A DNA stretch of 63,077 bases, counting the filler, from an uncultured Methanosarcinales archaeon (lineage in GTDB: Archaea > Nanobdellota > Nanobdellia > Woesearchaeales > B54-G15), in the NCBI GenBank assembly GCA_964519225.1. It is 18 parts of 18 records of this genome, joined end to end, with 100 filler letters (N's around TTAATTAATTAA, not from the genome) between each part and the next. Parts side by side here need not be neighbours in the genome. Positions count along the whole stretch, not along the records: positions 61,295 to 63,077 come from CAZFJK010000049.1; 17 more parts are not named here. One strand, given 5' to 3'. The position numbers and the translations under genes were made by a program. Within the stretch, counting starts at the first letter, position 1, and each line of letters starts with the position of its first letter. Under the pieces are notes generated by a model. It did no database searches. It was given only the letters and a program-made list of their open reading frames with translations, and had not been told where the DNA came from. This document shows, in pieces, positions 61,716 to 63,077 of the stretch.

Positions 61716-63077
61716 TTAAAGAATTTCTTCTAACATAACCCCATAGTCTTTTAATAATTTCGCAAGTTTCTCTCTTGGAATTAAATTCACGCCATTTGCT
61801 TCAGCAATTTGCATCGCTTGATCTGTAAATCTTTTCGCATTAGTAATGACAATTGTCTTGAATTTTGCATTATATTCCTGTTGATAAACGCCACATGCTG
61901 CTAACACTTCTTGAATGCCCTTCTGGTTTTGGGCTTTATTGGGATTAGAAGTATGTTTACATTGAATAAGGAGAGAATTTCCGTCTTGCCTGTGTTTTAG
62001 TGCTACAACATCTGCTCCCTGATCACGGCTAAAAGGTGTAAGTTCAACTTGATAACCCATTTTTCGGTATAAACTAGCAATTGCCTTTTCAAACATTTCA
62101 GCAGACATGTGGTCTATGTCAGTGATCGTTAAGGTTGAAGTAGGGCTTTTTTCAACAGTTACACTTAATATCTCTTCTCCCATAGTTTGCCATTCTTTTT
62201 CTTCAATTACCGTTGGTAATAAAACACTTCTGCTTAGTTGGCGTTTATGTTCAAGAAGACGGTGTAATTTAAGATCAAAAGTTCCTTTGCATATTTCATT
62301 ATCAAACATTGGATGAACGGCTAGTGGAACATGAACAAACACAGGGCGTTTTTGCCCAATTCTATAAACTCGATCAGTGGCCTGGTCTTCTTTGGCGGGA
62401 TTCCAAGGACGGCTTAGATGAATTACATGATTTGCAGCCGTAACATTTAACCCTACACCTGCTGCTTCTGGAGACATGATGATGACATTAAAATCGCTGG
62501 TGCTTTGAAAAGCATCAATATGACTTTTGCGCCTTCCTCCAGTAACTTCTCCATTAATAATGTGGGCATAAATTCCATATCTATTTTTTATCAACCTCTG
62601 AAGCACTCGTTGCATTTTTCTGCTGATTAAAAATACAATGGCCTTTTCTCCTTTTTGACAAATTTTATCTAAGATTTCTGTAGTTTTCATAAGCCGAGCT
62701 GAGGCGTTTATAATTTCTTCATCTGAAAAGTCTACTAATCCTTGTTCATTAAAAATAGGTAAATATGGATGTAAAGATATGTCCCGTAATGCTCCAATAA
62801 CAGAGAAAATATGTTGTTTTCGTTGTCCACTTAAAGGGTCTGGTAAAGACTCACGGGCTTTTTGGACAATGCCTAAGTAATGTTTTAGTTGAATCTGTGG
62901 CATTTCTACTTTATAAGGACAAACATATTTTTCTGGTAAGCCTTTAAGATGATCTTCCTTCATTCGCCTTTTAAGTAACGGACTTACCTTATTTCTCAAA
63001 CTCTGTCCTAATGCTTCCCTATTTGTTTCTGGCTTACGCAAAGGATTATGATATTGAGCAACGAATTCTTTAAGACT
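61716..63077 (-). CDS. SNF2-family helicase with C-terminal Mrr-like endonuclease (ZorD-like), 5' partial
   Basis: RRMKED, AAGVGLNVTAANHVIH..WNPAKEDQATDRVYRIGQ; FEK...DQGADVV...IQCK. Confidence 0.88.
   Translation of the reverse strand, partial: SLKEFVAQYHNPLRKPETNREALGQSLRNKVSPLLKRRMKEDHLKGLPEKYVCPYKVEMPQIQLKHYLGIVQKARESLPDPLSGQRKQHIFSVIGALRDISLHPYLPIFNEQGLVDFSDEEIINASARLMKTTEILDKICQKGEKAIVFLISRKMQRVLQRLIKNRYGIYAHIINGEVTGGRRKSHIDAFQSTSDFNVIIMSPEAAGVGLNVTAANHVIHLSRPWNPAKEDQATDRVYRIGQKRPVFVHVPLAVHPMFDNEICKGTFDLKLHRLLEHKRQLSRSVLLPTVIEEKEWQTMGEEILSVTVEKSPTSTLTITDIDHMSAEMFEKAIASLYRKMGYQVELTPFSRDQGADVVALKHRQDGNSLLIQCKHTSNPNKAQNQKGIQEVLAACGVYQQEYNAKFKTIVITNAKRFTDQAMQIAEANGVNLIPREKLAKLLKDYGVMLEEIL

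Overview
This is not a continuous locus. It is about 18 short contigs, sorted by decreasing length and joined by artificial 100-nt N/TTAATTAATTAA spacers, with two extra 100-N scaffold gaps. The contigs appear to come from several organisms: DPANN/Woesearchaeota-like archaeal housekeeping fragments (proS, histone, rps6e, rpl15e, porGDAB, cysS, thiI, elp3), Archaeoglobus-like fragments (alaS, cofE, rtcB, cooS, trpA, ADP-forming acyl-CoA ligase, a three-hairpin H/ACA guide RNA), bacterial/Patescibacteria-like tRNA-anchored restriction-modification islands, and assorted defence or mobile fragments. The most interesting signal recurs on at least four contigs and looks like a non-canonical integron-like cassette system. 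A XerC/D-type tyrosine recombinase lacks the IntI-specific insertion but has an N-terminal HARP-like domain. Directly downstream of it lies an attI-like site (three 36-bp-spaced TTCGTATAT repeats ending in GTTAGCA), followed by gene cassettes. The cassettes are bounded by long GTTA/TAAC inverted ends and branched attC-like elements with a conserved CCCAAAT-hairpin-ACTTC core. Cargo includes a complete type II R-M system. All family assignments come from motif recognition by eye, not from database searches.
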